Positions 19,085 through 29,271 of a DNA stretch of 57,502 nt are shown here, piece by piece. Location: positions 1 through 57,502 of the forward strand of contig JAZDLR010000025.1 of the NCBI GenBank assembly GCA_043801745.1, given 5' to 3'. Origin of the DNA: Candidatus Komeilibacteria bacterium. GTDB lineage: Bacteria; Patescibacteriota; Patescibacteriia; UBA1558; 2-01-FULL-52-15. Each line of letters starts with the position of its first letter. Positions within the stretch are counted from its first letter, which is position 1. The position numbers and the translations under genes were made by a program. Under the pieces are notes generated by a model. The model was not told where the DNA came from, searched no databases, and saw only the letters and a program-made list of their open reading frames with translations.

Positions 19085-19714
19085 ATGTTACTGAATTTAT
19101 TATTTCAGCAGCCCGGTGTAGCCATATTATTGCTGTTAGCAATTATTGTGGTGATTTCGGTTCATGAGTATTCTCATGCTTTGGCGGGTTATCTATTGGG
19201 AGATAAAACGGCCGAACATGAGGGCCGGCTAACTTTGAATCCTTTGTCTCATCTGGATCTTATGGGTTCATTAATGTTGATCATCGTGGGTTTTGGTTGG
19301 GGACGGCCGGTGCCATTCAATCCTTATAATTTGCGTTGGCCTAAATGGGGCCCGGCAGCAGTCTCTTTAGCCGGTCCGGTGTCTAATTTTATTATGGCGT
19401 TTGTCTTTGCGGGTATATTGGCTTTGATACGTCCGACTTATGGCGTGGATAATTATCTCACCTTATTTTTGATTTTTTTGGTAATGTACAGTGTGGGCCT
19501 GGGTTTATTTAATCTTATTCCCATACCACCACTTGATGGCTCAAGGGTATTATTAACCTTGCTACCGCACCGTTATGATTGGCTGGCGATTTGGCTCCAG
19601 CGTAACGGTTTTTGGCTGCTCATTGGTTTATTAATAGTTCTACAGTTTTCTGACCAAGGTTTCTTTCTTCATGTCGTTAACGCCATTTTAGGTCTTTTTG
19701 GTCTGCAGCTATAG
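19085..19714 (+). CDS. Site-2 protease (peptidase M50)
   Basis: HEYSH and FNLIPIPPLDG. Confidence 0.93.
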   Translation: MLLNLLFQQPGVAILLLLAIIVVISVHEYSHALAGYLLGDKTAEHEGRLTLNPLSHLDLMGSLMLIIVGFGWGRPVPFNPYNLRWPKWGPAAVSLAGPVSNFIMAFVFAGILALIRPTYGVDNYLTLFLIFLVMYSVGLGLFNLIPIPPLDGSRVLLTLLPHRYDWLAIWLQRNGFWLLIGLLIVLQFSDQGFFLHVVNAILGLFGLQL

Positions 19715-19728
19715 CTATGAAGTATGTC

Positions 19729-19757
19729 TTGACGCCCAAATGGCAATGTGCTAACCT
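19729..19757 (+). promoter_or_regulatory. str operon promoter
   Basis: TTGACG-17-TAACCT with extended TG. Confidence 0.6.
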
Positions 19758-19896
19758 AAGCTCTGCGATTTTGTTAAACAGTTAATGCTCATATCCGTGC
19801 GCCTTATGGTGAGTGAGGCCAGCTCAGCTGGTCGAATCGAACCAGGCCGGGTAGCGGTGAACCACCAATGAGGGTTCACATTTGTTTTAAAAAATT

Positions 19897-20322
19897 ATGC
19901 CAACATCAACTCAATTATTACGCGGCGCCCGTAAGCCGTTCAAGAAGAAGTCTAAGACTCCGGCTTTGATGACTACTCTCAATAGCTTGCGCCGCACTAA
20001 ACGTGAATTGCCTGCCGGTAGTCCTTTTAAACGTGGTGTCTGCGTCAAAGTTACAACCACAACTCCCAAGAAACCTAATTCGGCCTTGCGTAAGATCGCC
20101 AGAGTCCGTCTGTCTAATGGTCAGGAAGTCACGGCCTATATTCCGGGCATTGGCCATAATCTACAGGAGCACTCAGTCGTCATGATCCGTGGCGGCAGGG
20201 TAAAAGATTTGCCTGGTGTGCGTTATCATATTGTCCGCGGTGTTTACGATACGCAGGGTGTTCAGGGTAGAAAACAAGGTCGCAGTTTATACGGAGCGAA
20301 GAAAGAGAAAGCAAAGAGTTAA
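19897..20322 (+). CDS. rpsL: 30S ribosomal protein uS12
   Basis: [20 protein letters not shown]. Confidence 0.99.
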   Translation: MPTSTQLLRGARKPFKKKSKTPALMTTLNSLRRTKRELPAGSPFKRGVCVKVTTTTPKKPNSALRKIARVRLSNGQEVTAYIPGIGHNLQEHSVVMIRGGRVKDLPGVRYHIVRGVYDTQGVQGRKQGRSLYGAKKEKAKS

Positions 20323-20361
20323 TAGAATAATTGATTAATTGAATAATAGCGACGATTTTAT

Positions 20362-20826
20362 ATGCGTGGAAAACGAGCACCCAAAAGAATTATCAAAGCC
20401 GACAGTAAGTTTGGCCGTGTTGATATTGCTAAAATGATTAACCGCATTATGGAACGCGGCAAGAAATCTGTAGCGCAACGTATTGTTTACGATGCTTTTA
20501 ATATTATTTCGGCTAAGACCAAGCTGGATCCGCTGGAAGTTTATGATACTGCTTTGCGCAACGTTGGTCCTAGTCTGGAACTCAAAGGACGGCGTATTGG
20601 TGGTGCTAACTACCAGGTGCCGATAGTGGTTATTGGTGACCGGAAAGTAATTTTAGCTCACAAGTGGATTATTAATGCCGCCCGCAGTAAGAAGGGTAAG
20701 CCGATGGCAGTGAAACTGGCGGAAGAAATTATGGCCGCGGCTAATAATGAGGGTGATGCCATTAAGAAACGTGAAGATGTGCATAAGATGGCCGAAGCTA
20801 ACAAGGCCTTTGCTCATTTCGCGTAA
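20362..20826 (+). CDS. rpsG: 30S ribosomal protein uS7
   Basis: GGANYQVP, MAEANKAFAH. Confidence 0.99.
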   Translation: MRGKRAPKRIIKADSKFGRVDIAKMINRIMERGKKSVAQRIVYDAFNIISAKTKLDPLEVYDTALRNVGPSLELKGRRIGGANYQVPIVVIGDRKVILAHKWIINAARSKKGKPMAVKLAEEIMAAANNEGDAIKKREDVHKMAEANKAFAHFA

Positions 20827-20932
20827 ATTTATTCTGTAAGATTATGATTGGAGTTATTAAAATCGTTAATCTAAGTAATAATCTAGAGCTACGGCTTGCA
20901 AGCAAGGCCTTTGCTCATTTCGCGTAAATTTA
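20802..20932. repeat. 30-bp exact direct repeat of the rpsG 3' end
   Basis: CAAGGCCTTTGCTCATTTCGCGTAAATTTA at 20802-20831 and 20903-20932. Confidence 0.95.
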
Positions 20933-20965
20933 CCATAATATTTGTCATTAGGTTAGAAATTAAGT

Positions 20966-23068
20966 ATGGCCGGAGAAAAATTTAATTTAGATCAAGTCCG
21001 CAACATTGGCATTATTGCCCATATCGACGCCGGAAAAACAACTGTGACCGAGCGCGTTCTTTTTTATACCGGCAAAAAGCATAAGATGGGTGAGGTGCAT
21101 GAAGGTGAAGCGGAAATGGATTGGATGGAGCAGGAGAAAGAGCGCGGTATTACGATTACAGCCGCGGCCACTACTTGTTTCTGGCCAATACCTGAATGGT
21201 TGGATGGAGGCATGTCCCGTATTAATATTATTGATACTCCGGGGCATGTGGATTTCACGGTTGAGGTAGAGCGGTCTTTGCGCGTTCTTGACGGCGGCGT
21301 GGTTATTTTTGACGGTGTGGCCGGTGTGGAGCCGCAGTCAGAAACTGTCTGGCGTCAGGCCGATAAATATCACGTGCCGCGTCTGGCTTTTATTAATAAG
21401 ATGGATCGCATGGGTGCGGATTTTTACAAGGATTTAGCCAGTATTCACGAACGGCTGACAAAAAAGGCTTATCCCATTCAGTTACCGATTGGCGCAGCTG
21501 AAACTTTTCAGGGTTTGATTGATTTATTCAGCCGTAAGGCGGTTTATTATTTAGATGAGGACGGTAAGAAATTTGAAGAGCGGGACGTGCCGGAAGATAT
21601 GAAAGTTAAAGTGGAGGAATACCGGGCCAAGTTGGTTGAGTCCCTGGTTGAATATGATGACGCGGCCATGCATAAATATCTGGAAGGTCAGGAAATTACC
21701 GTGGAGGAATTAAAGAAATTAATGCGGCGAGCTGTTATTACTGATCAGTTTGTTCCGGTTTTGTGCGGTTCGGCGCTGAAAAATAAAGGCGTGCAATATA
21801 TGTTAGACGCGGTTACGGCTTATTTACCTTCGCCGCTAGACGTGCCGCCTTTGATCGCTCATGATATTCATGATTTATCTAAGGAAATCGAGCGCAAGCC
21901 CGATGCTAACGAACCTTTTACGGCCCTGGCTTTTAAAATTGCCACCGATCCGTTTGTCGGCCGTATTACTTTTATCCGGGTTTATTCCGGTACTTTACAG
22001 TCCGGTTCTTACGTTTTGAACGCTTCCAATGGCGAGAAAGAGCGCATTGGCCGCTTACTGCGTATGCACGCTAATTCCCGCGAAGAAATTAAAGAAATTT
22101 CTGCTGGTGATATTGCTGCGGTGGTTGGTTTGAAGGCAACAGTGACTGGTAACACATTGACTGATGAAGATAACCCGGCAGTATTAGAGAGCATTGTTTT
22201 CCCCGAGCCAGTTATTGACGTGGCGATTGAGCCGAAGACCAAGCAGGATCAGGAAAAGATGGGCATTGCTATTGGCAAGCTGGCCGAAGAAGATCCGACT
22301 TTCCGCGTGCGTAGCGATGAGGAAACTGGCCAGACCATTATTTCCGGTATGGGTGAATTGCATTTAGAAATCATTGTCGACCGCATGAAGCGCGAGTTTA
22401 ACGTGGAAGCTAATGTGGGTCAGCCGCGGGTTGCCTACAAAGAAACTATTAGCGGTGAAGCTGAAGGCGAGGGTAAATATATTAAACAGTCCGGAGGCCG
22501 CGGTCAATATGGTCATTGCTGGATTAAAGTCAAAGCGCGCGAACGCGGTAAGGGTTATGAATTTGTTGATGAAGTTAAGGGTGGCTCTATTCCCCGCGAA
22601 TATATTACCCCGATTAACCGCGGTATTCAGGAAACTCTGGCGCGCGGAATTTTAGCCGGCTATCCGATTATTGACGTGCAGGCCACGGTTTTCGACGGAT
22701 CGTATCATGAGGTTGACTCATCTGAAGCGGCTTTCAAAATGGCCGGATCTTTTGGTTTCAAAGAGGCCTTTATGAAAGCTAAACCTATTATTCTTGAGCC
22801 AATTATGAAGATCGAAGTGCTGACCCCGGAAAATTACATGGGTGATGTGATCGGCGACATTAATTCCAAGCGCGGACAGGTTAATGAAATGACCGAAAGG
22901 ATGGGTATTAAAGTTATCAAAGCCCAAGTGCCGCTGTCGGAAATGTTTGGCTATGCCACGACTTTACGCAGTATGACGCAGGGTCGGGCTTCTTATTCTA
23001 TGGAGTTCGGTCATTATCAGGAAGTGCCAAAGAATGTTGCCGAGCAGATTAAAGAGGGGAAGAAGTAG
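20966..23068 (+). CDS. fusA: Elongation factor G
   Basis: [21 protein letters not shown]; 700 aa. Confidence 0.99.
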   Translation: MAGEKFNLDQVRNIGIIAHIDAGKTTVTERVLFYTGKKHKMGEVHEGEAEMDWMEQEKERGITITAAATTCFWPIPEWLDGGMSRINIIDTPGHVDFTVEVERSLRVLDGGVVIFDGVAGVEPQSETVWRQADKYHVPRLAFINKMDRMGADFYKDLASIHERLTKKAYPIQLPIGAAETFQGLIDLFSRKAVYYLDEDGKKFEERDVPEDMKVKVEEYRAKLVESLVEYDDAAMHKYLEGQEITVEELKKLMRRAVITDQFVPVLCGSALKNKGVQYMLDAVTAYLPSPLDVPPLIAHDIHDLSKEIERKPDANEPFTALAFKIATDPFVGRITFIRVYSGTLQSGSYVLNASNGEKERIGRLLRMHANSREEIKEISAGDIAAVVGLKATVTGNTLTDEDNPAVLESIVFPEPVIDVAIEPKTKQDQEKMGIAIGKLAEEDPTFRVRSDEETGQTIISGMGELHLEIIVDRMKREFNVEANVGQPRVAYKETISGEAEGEGKYIKQSGGRGQYGHCWIKVKARERGKGYEFVDEVKGGSIPREYITPINRGIQETLARGILAGYPIIDVQATVFDGSYHEVDSSEAAFKMAGSFGFKEAFMKAKPIILEPIMKIEVLTPENYMGDVIGDINSKRGQVNEMTERMGIKVIKAQVPLSEMFGYATTLRSMTQGRASYSMEFGHYQEVPKNVAEQIKEGKK

Positions 23069-23187
23069 GTTTGGGGCTTGGAGCTAGGGACACGGGATTC
23101 GCGGGATTTTAAAAACCGCCGCAGGTTGCGGGGTAAGCAAGGTGCAGTGCCTTGTTTTTTTAGAATACCTCACAAATTATTTATATT

Positions 23188-23333
23188 ACCTCACCCACCT
23201 TCGCTAAAGCTTCGGCGGGCAGGCCTGTCCTCTCCTTCAAAAGGAGAGGAACGATATTTATATAGTTAGTCGCTCCTTTTCCATTTACCGCGCTACCTCC
23301 CTCTCCTTTTCAAGGAGAGGGTTGGGGTGAGGT
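23188..23333. repeat. REP/MITE-like composite repeat, copy 3
   Basis: Same termini; 23194-23223 is the exact reverse complement of 10922-10951. Confidence 0.85.
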
Positions 23334-23406
23334 ATTCAAAACAAAAAAATAAAACGCCGCGGCTACTATGTTTCAGTAGTTTCGCGGCGTCGGCAGTGGC
23401 TGAGTT

Positions 23407-23919
23407 CTATTGGTATAACGGCGTTCGGAACTCTACCAGCAGTGTCGGAATGTCACCGTCGTTGATCAGACCCGTGATCAGTGGTCCGGACAGATCGCGC
23501 GTATCAGGCGGAAGCAGGTAGAGATGGGCGTCCACCAGAACCGGACTCGGCTCGTCTTCGGTGCGGTCAACAATAACTGCCCAGAGACGGTCACATTCTG
23601 TTTCGAGGTGTACGTCAAACTCCTGCAGAATTGCGGACAGATGATTTCGCTCTCTTCTTAATCGGCTACCAGACGGCTGCAGAATCACGACACAGGACGG
23701 GTCGTTGAAAGTCGGATCAGCGGCGTTGATATTGAAAGCTTCGTAGCCGCTGATCAGGGGGATGTCTTGTCCCATGAAAGGCAGTGATTCAACGTCCTTC
23801 TGATCAAAAGAGATATCCTTTAAGACGCCGGCAACCTGCTGCCAAGGTATGGCTATCCGTTGACTGCCGAGCCAGCAGACAACTACTTGTAAAGAACTGG
23901 GTCCTCCAGTTTTTTTCAT
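23407..23919 (-). CDS. CheW-like domain protein
   Basis: VVCWLGSQRIAIP..QV..V, F.GQDIPLI, AVIVD, ITGL pattern; ACGGAGG SD before ATG 23919. Confidence 0.6.
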   Translation of the reverse strand: MKKTGGPSSLQVVVCWLGSQRIAIPWQQVAGVLKDISFDQKDVESLPFMGQDIPLISGYEAFNINAADPTFNDPSCVVILQPSGSRLRRERNHLSAILQEFDVHLETECDRLWAVIVDRTEDEPSPVLVDAHLYLLPPDTRDLSGPLITGLINDGDIPTLLVEFRTPLYQ

Positions 23920-24075
23920 TGTTGCCTCCGTAAAAATTGTTAGGGTTGTTAGCAACAGTACTACATTTCCTGTCATTGTCAATATTCGTTGAATTAACTG
24001 AAAACATTGCGCCCTATTATCTAAATAAGTAACCCCCGAACCGTCGTGGTCCGGGGGCGATAGGGTAGCTGTGTT

Positions 24076-24516
24076 TTAGAGAACGCGTATTTTCCTCTGA
24101 CGCGCCTCCTTGAGAGAAAGGGGGTAGCAGGGTGGCACATAAGGGCGTAACGCGTAGTCAGTGATGAAGATTGTCGTCATCCCTTTTGTGACGCGGAGTG
24201 CCACTTCATTGTGCCTAACCAGCGGCTTGTGGAGAAAGCGGGAACATTCAGGACTGTCATCGTGATTGAACCCGATGTAGACTCCTCGCGGCTCCTGCGC
24301 GTTGACTGTGGCTAAGGGAATAACAATGACTTGCTGGGTTCTGTTGTTGCCTCCAAAATAGAGAGTTGTTCCGACAAGCGGTGCAGCGCCAGGCAGAGGA
24401 TCTTCGCGAACCAGTGTTATTGGCGTCAGACCGTTGGTCCCGAACCGCGCATACCACTTACAAAATGGATTGCGCCGCCACCAGTTTTTTTTCAAAATCC
24501 TTAAAGGATTTGGCAT
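24076..24516 (-). CDS. Orphan hypothetical protein
   Basis: ACGGAGG SD before ATG 24516; own promoter and terminator. Confidence 0.65.
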   Translation of the reverse strand: MPNPLRILKKNWWRRNPFCKWYARFGTNGLTPITLVREDPLPGAAPLVGTTLYFGGNNRTQQVIVIPLATVNAQEPRGVYIGFNHDDSPECSRFLHKPLVRHNEVALRVTKGMTTIFITDYALRPYVPPCYPLSLKEARQRKIRVL

Positions 24517-24664
24517 TCTCCCTCCGTTTACCTCAAGTGGAATACAAAGAGCATTTAACGCTCGGACTTTAACATAAGAAGTCGTTTTTTTCAAGCAAAA
24601 AACCGCCGGGTCCTATCTTCATGTTGACAGATAGAAACTCGGCGGTCGAACTTGGGTTCGGCAA

Positions 24665-24967
24665 TTACGGCCGGCCAAACCACTGAAAGTAAATGGGTCC
24701 GCCGGTGATATGGGTTTCGCCGATGATTACCTTCCAGCCAGTACTCCGTGTAAACACAACCGATCTTGGCGTGAACGATTCGGGGTGGTTGGGAAACAGG
24801 AGTGTGACAGCGTCTTCACCTTGCGTCTCAAAGAACTGTACGCCTTCAACTAGCAGGAAGAACCGGTCATCAATACCGACAACCCCTCCGACGATTTGTG
24901 GGATGTTTATTGGCAGACCAGCGTCTTTCAAAAATGCCATGCGGGCAAATCGTGCTTCATTGTTCAT
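24665..24967 (-). CDS. Orphan hypothetical protein
   Basis: TACGGAGGT SD; hairpin plus T-tract downstream. Confidence 0.7.
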   Translation of the reverse strand: MNNEARFARMAFLKDAGLPINIPQIVGGVVGIDDRFFLLVEGVQFFETQGEDAVTLLFPNHPESFTPRSVVFTRSTGWKVIIGETHITGGPIYFQWFGRP

Positions 24968-25134
24968 TCTTACCTCCGTAAGATGTAACGAACGTGATCA
25001 AGCTCAGATGAGCCTGCAACATTTCTTAAGGTTCAAATTATTATGACTTGAACCCTAGGAAATGGGGGAGTCAGTGTTGCTGACTCCCCGCGGCATCTAG
25101 GACCGAAGTCTTAAATGCCGGCCAAGGATATATG

Positions 25135-26400
25135 TCACTGGGCGTAGGGCTTGCAGACCTTGCCCTTGAGGTCGACGAAACCCAGATGAACAGTTCTCGC
25201 CTTCTTGTCCAGAACCTGGGGTGTGAACGGTTCGGCCTTGAGCCCACCCAGGCAGACGGCCGAGGGCACGCTGACAAAGCGCGGCACCGGCACGGGTATG
25301 ATCCTGGGCTCTGGGGTTTCATGCATCACCTCACGCTCAGCATCTGCCATCTTCTTCTTGATTCCCCTGACCATCTGACGGATCAGGGTGACCACTGCGA
25401 CCAAAGCCGCGGCAATCACGCCGGTGAGTAGGACCAGGCCGAGTAGCGAAAGGCTCGGCTTCAGGTGGACCACTGCACGCCAGAAGCCGTAATACAGCAA
25501 CAGTGCCGCCGGGCTGAAGGGCAACCGGTAGGGACGGAAGAAGAAAGCCACATCTTCCAGGTCCCGGCCGCGGGCATTGTGCCAGACCCAGCCGAAGGGA
25601 TATTTCCACGGCAGGATCAGCGGCCGAACGTCCAGGTCGTATTGCCCGACCAGAATTCCGGCGATAAGGTTCACCCATGCCGTCCACCACTTCAAGATGA
25701 ACTCGAAGGGGAAGATCAGGGTGACGAAGGGCCAACCGATCATTCTCATCTTCCTGAACTTGCACTGGTCAGCCGGCTTGCCGAACCAGTTGTAGCGGTT
25801 GAGCCACTTTTTCTCCCAGGCCGGCGGCTCCGGAGCAAACATCTCCTGCGCCACCTTGACGCTGAAAGAGAAGCTATCGAACCGCAGGTTTTTGACCATG
25901 TCCTGATTCCTGCAGAAATCCGTACGCTGGAATTCTCCGGAATGGTTCACGAGGTCTCCCGATCTGTCAGCCACCATGGAGGTATTGTAAATGCTGTTCC
26001 TCATGATCATGAGTGACTTCCAGATCCGGGGGTAATCGTCTGTGATCCTGCCGTTCTTCAGCGTCTCGCGGCGCCAAAGCAGGACGGCATGAATCTTGAC
26101 TTCGCCGGGCCGGCGCAGCCAGATTCGCTCCATGCACTTTTCCGCTTCCACCAGGAAGCGCTGCTCCAGATAGGGACGGTCAGGATAAGCCACCACGATC
26201 AGGACCAGGGGATTGAGTCCGACTGCCTTAAAGAAGGCTGCCCCGGCTGGCTTCAGACACCAGCGGACCCACATGGTTGAATCAACCCCATTCTGGTCGT
26301 CAATGGCAAATTCCCAGGCATTTTCCGGTGGTGCCGGCGGGGGTGCGGTTGGTGCCGTCACTATCCCTGAGTTTGGCTGTGGAACCCTGTTCTTGGACAT
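25135..26400 (-). CDS. Hypothetical membrane protein, visibly GC-richer than the flanks
   Basis: AAGGAG SD before ATG 26400; C-terminal TM segments. Confidence 0.8.
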   Translation of the reverse strand: MSKNRVPQPNSGIVTAPTAPPPAPPENAWEFAIDDQNGVDSTMWVRWCLKPAGAAFFKAVGLNPLVLIVVAYPDRPYLEQRFLVEAEKCMERIWLRRPGEVKIHAVLLWRRETLKNGRITDDYPRIWKSLMIMRNSIYNTSMVADRSGDLVNHSGEFQRTDFCRNQDMVKNLRFDSFSFSVKVAQEMFAPEPPAWEKKWLNRYNWFGKPADQCKFRKMRMIGWPFVTLIFPFEFILKWWTAWVNLIAGILVGQYDLDVRPLILPWKYPFGWVWHNARGRDLEDVAFFFRPYRLPFSPAALLLYYGFWRAVVHLKPSLSLLGLVLLTGVIAAALVAVVTLIRQMVRGIKKKMADAEREVMHETPEPRIIPVPVPRFVSVPSAVCLGGLKAEPFTPQVLDKKARTVHLGFVDLKGKVCKPYAQ

Positions 26401-26587
26401 ATTCTCCTTTCTTGTAGGCATCTTCCTCTGGAAGCATGCCAGGTGAAATGTACGACTTGGATCTGATCCGAATAGCACATTTAAGCAAATTATTGATAAT
26501 TTGTCAAGTCTTAAGTTATACGGGGTTTTTCACTTTACTTTTCTCTTACTTTGCACTAAGGTAATTTTAATTAAAAGTGCCCTAGAT

Positions 26588-27022
26588 ATGCACAAATTAC
26601 AGGAAATATTGGATTTAGCCCGGGAAACTGGAGACCGCCTGATAGTCGTGGATCAGGTTGGTGAGCCTTATGTAGTAATGAATTTGGCTAGCTATAGGCA
26701 ATTATTGCGCGAGGAATCACATGTTGCCAAGCTGACCGAAGGGGAATTATTGGAGAAAATTAACCGTTTAGTAGCTTCCTGGAAGGCCAATCAGCCCGAT
26801 TTGGCCGACTATGACTTGGCCCAATTTAGAGTAGATACTATCCGTCAGCCCAAAAGCGTCTTTCCAATTAATACTATGGCGACCACCTACGAATCGGTAA
26901 CAGAGCAGCCATTGACCCCCAGAGCTGCCCGACAGGAAGAGCTTTTGTCCCAGGTTATTGATACTCCTGATGACGAGGATGTCTATTATCCTGAGCCCAC
27001 GGCTGAGGAAATGCCCATTTAA
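26588..27022 (+). CDS. Hypothetical protein upstream of tuf
   Basis: MHKLQEILDLARETGDRLIVVD..., acidic tail. Confidence 0.75.
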   Translation: MHKLQEILDLARETGDRLIVVDQVGEPYVVMNLASYRQLLREESHVAKLTEGELLEKINRLVASWKANQPDLADYDLAQFRVDTIRQPKSVFPINTMATTYESVTEQPLTPRAARQEELLSQVIDTPDDEDVYYPEPTAEEMPI

Positions 27023-27140
27023 TTAGGAGATAGGCATTAGGAATTAGGTTGTAGGAGGTTGAAAGATATTGATTACTAGATTGATATTTTGGCTAATTAG
27101 AGCCATTTTTTTTGTATCCTAATTGACCTCCTTTACAAAC

Positions 27141-27169
27141 TTGCAAAATTAAACAACCAGTGCTATAAT
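27141..27169 (+). promoter_or_regulatory. tuf/S10 promoter
   Basis: TTGCAA-17-TATAAT with extended TG. Confidence 0.7.
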
Positions 27170-27349
27170 CTTTCTGCTTTATTAGGTATTTTGTAAGTAC
27201 CTTATTTTGCTGACAATCAATAAATTTTAATAAATTAATTAAGCCCAAGGCGACTGGATAGAAACTTCGATTGAGCCGCTTGCCCGCTCAGCCAATGGCT
27301 GAGGGCGGAAGCTCGACGGAGGTTGCCTCTAAGGAGATATTATAATCAA

Positions 27350-28534
27350 ATGGCACAATTTGATCGCTCTAAAACTCATGTTAACGTCGGCACTATCGGC
27401 CACGTTGACCATGGTAAGACCACTCTTACCGCTGCTATCCTGCAGGTATTATCCTCTAATGGTTTTAACGCTACCATCAAGGGCGTAGACGAAATTGATA
27501 AAGCGCCCGAAGAAAAAGAGCGCGGTATTACTATTGCTACGGCTCACGTTGAATACGAATCAGCTAAACGTCACTATGCGCACGTTGACTGTCCGGGTCA
27601 CGCTGACTATGTGAAGAATATGATTACCGGTGCTGCCCAGATGGACGGCGCTGTTTTGGTGGTTTCCGCTGCTGATGGCCCAATGCCTCAGACCAAGGAA
27701 CATATTTTGTTAGCGTATCAGGTTGGTGTACCTTACATTGTTGTTTTCTTGAATAAAGTTGATCAGGTTGATGATCCCGAGCTAATTGATTTAGTTGAAG
27801 AGGAAATCCGCGATTTACTGAAGAAATACAAGTATCCTGGTGATGAAGTGCCTATTATCCGCGGTTCAGCCTTGAAGGCTTTACAGAATCCGACCGGTGA
27901 AGACGCTAAACCGATTTTACAATTAGTCGAAGCTTTAGACGCTTATATTCCTGATCCGGTAAGACAGACTGACAAGCCTTTCCTCATGCCGATCGAAGAT
28001 ATCTTCTCCATTGAAGGACGCGGTACTGTCGTGACCGGTCGTATTGAACGCGGTCAGATCAAGATTAACGAGGAAGTGGAAATTGTCGGTATTCATCCTA
28101 CTGCCAAGACAGTAGTTACCGGAATTGAAATGTTTAATAAGCAGTTAGAATCCGGTATGGCCGGTGATAACGCCGGTTTACTGCTCCGCGGTACTAAGAA
28201 AGACGATGTTGAACGCGGTCAGGTTTTGGCCAAGCCGGGTTCAGTCACTCCTCATACTGAATTTGAAACGGAAGTTTACATTCTAAGTAAAGAGGAAGGT
28301 GGCCGTCATACACCGTTTTTCAAGGGTTATAAACCACAATTCTATTTCCGTACTACTGACGTTACTGGTGAAGTTATTTTGCCCGAAGGTACAGAAATGG
28401 TTATGCCGGGTGATACTATTAAGTTAAGTGTTAAATTGATTGCTCCGATTGCTATGGAAGAGCAGCTACGTTTCGCTATCCGTGAGGGTGGCCATACGGT
28501 AGGTGCCGGAGTGGTCACGAAGATTATCAAGTAA
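27350..28534 (+). CDS. tuf: Elongation factor Tu
   Basis: [21 protein letters not shown]. Confidence 0.99.
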   Translation: MAQFDRSKTHVNVGTIGHVDHGKTTLTAAILQVLSSNGFNATIKGVDEIDKAPEEKERGITIATAHVEYESAKRHYAHVDCPGHADYVKNMITGAAQMDGAVLVVSAADGPMPQTKEHILLAYQVGVPYIVVFLNKVDQVDDPELIDLVEEEIRDLLKKYKYPGDEVPIIRGSALKALQNPTGEDAKPILQLVEALDAYIPDPVRQTDKPFLMPIEDIFSIEGRGTVVTGRIERGQIKINEEVEIVGIHPTAKTVVTGIEMFNKQLESGMAGDNAGLLLRGTKKDDVERGQVLAKPGSVTPHTEFETEVYILSKEEGGRHTPFFKGYKPQFYFRTTDVTGEVILPEGTEMVMPGDTIKLSVKLIAPIAMEEQLRFAIREGGHTVGAGVVTKIIK

Positions 28535-28609
28535 TAATAAACACCCCCGCCCACTCATCCCGCAACGGTTGAGTGGGCGGGGTTCGTTGAAACAATAGTT
28601 CATTACATT

Positions 28610-28954
28610 ATGCCCACACATCCAGCTCATAAGACAGAAGAAACAGTCGTGGAGTCACGCATCCGCATTAAGATCAAAGCTTTTGATCATAAAATTATTG
28701 ATCAATCGACTAAAACAATTATTGACGCTGCTTTACGCAGTGGCGCTAAAGTAGTTGGTCCGATTCCTTTGCCGACGGAGAAACAGAAGTACACCGTGCT
28801 TCGTTCCACTTTCGTGCATAAGAATGCTCGCGACCAATTCGAAATGCGCACGCATAAGCGCTTAATTGATATTGTTGATCCGCAGGCGAAGACAATCGAT
28901 GCTTTGACAAGTTTGAACCTTCCGGCTGGTGTGGACATTGAAATTAAGATGTGA
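28610..28954 (+). CDS. rpsJ: 30S ribosomal protein uS10
   Basis: [17 protein letters not shown]. Confidence 0.99.
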   Translation: MPTHPAHKTEETVVESRIRIKIKAFDHKIIDQSTKTIIDAALRSGAKVVGPIPLPTEKQKYTVLRSTFVHKNARDQFEMRTHKRLIDIVDPQAKTIDALTSLNLPAGVDIEIKM

Positions 28955-29264
28955 CCCGCAGGGTCATCCCGCGAATAGCGGGATCTCCTCTGGGTTCAAG
29001 TTCAGTAGACGTTTGCTGCTTAACCCCTTTCGAGGGAAGTAACAGCAGGGTAGACAGAACTGTTATAAGGAAAATCGTAACGTTATATTGCTAGCCATCA
29101 AATATTTCTCCTGATTTTGGCCGTTGATCTATTTGGTAATCACGATTTTGTCCTTAACTGTATTCGTTAAGAATAAAATCGTGATTTTTCAGTTCATCTC
29201 CTCGGAGGAGTGAACTGACCCGCCTCTGGCGGGGTTAATTACATAATGAATCACACAAATAGAT
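28952..29264 (+). ncRNA. Candidate structured RNA in the rpsJ-rplC spacer
   Basis: Several long stems, including a multibranch domain closed by ATCTATTTG/CAAATAGAT. Confidence 0.45.
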
Positions 29265-29271
29265 AGGTATT

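Noticed and set aside
18960-19142. 119-aa version of bL28
   Set aside because: The extension overlaps the promoter region and the divergent M50 gene; homology starts at MAQFC (18959)
19808-19845. Hammerhead ribozyme in the rpsL leader
   Set aside because: GTGAGTGAG...CGAAT only loosely resembles the CUGANGA/GAAA core; required core nucleotides are missing
25071-26488. Several overlapping alternative and antisense ORFs
   Set aside because: Expected shadows of a GC-rich gene with strong codon bias
23069-26500. Prophage or classical integron in the fusA-tuf island
   Set aside because: No integrase or phage genes, and I could not identify shared attC-type ends among the hairpins
5880-28954. 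Alternative genetic code 25 (TGA=Gly)
   Set aside because: prfB is intact, and nrdR and rpsJ end at TGA at the expected positions
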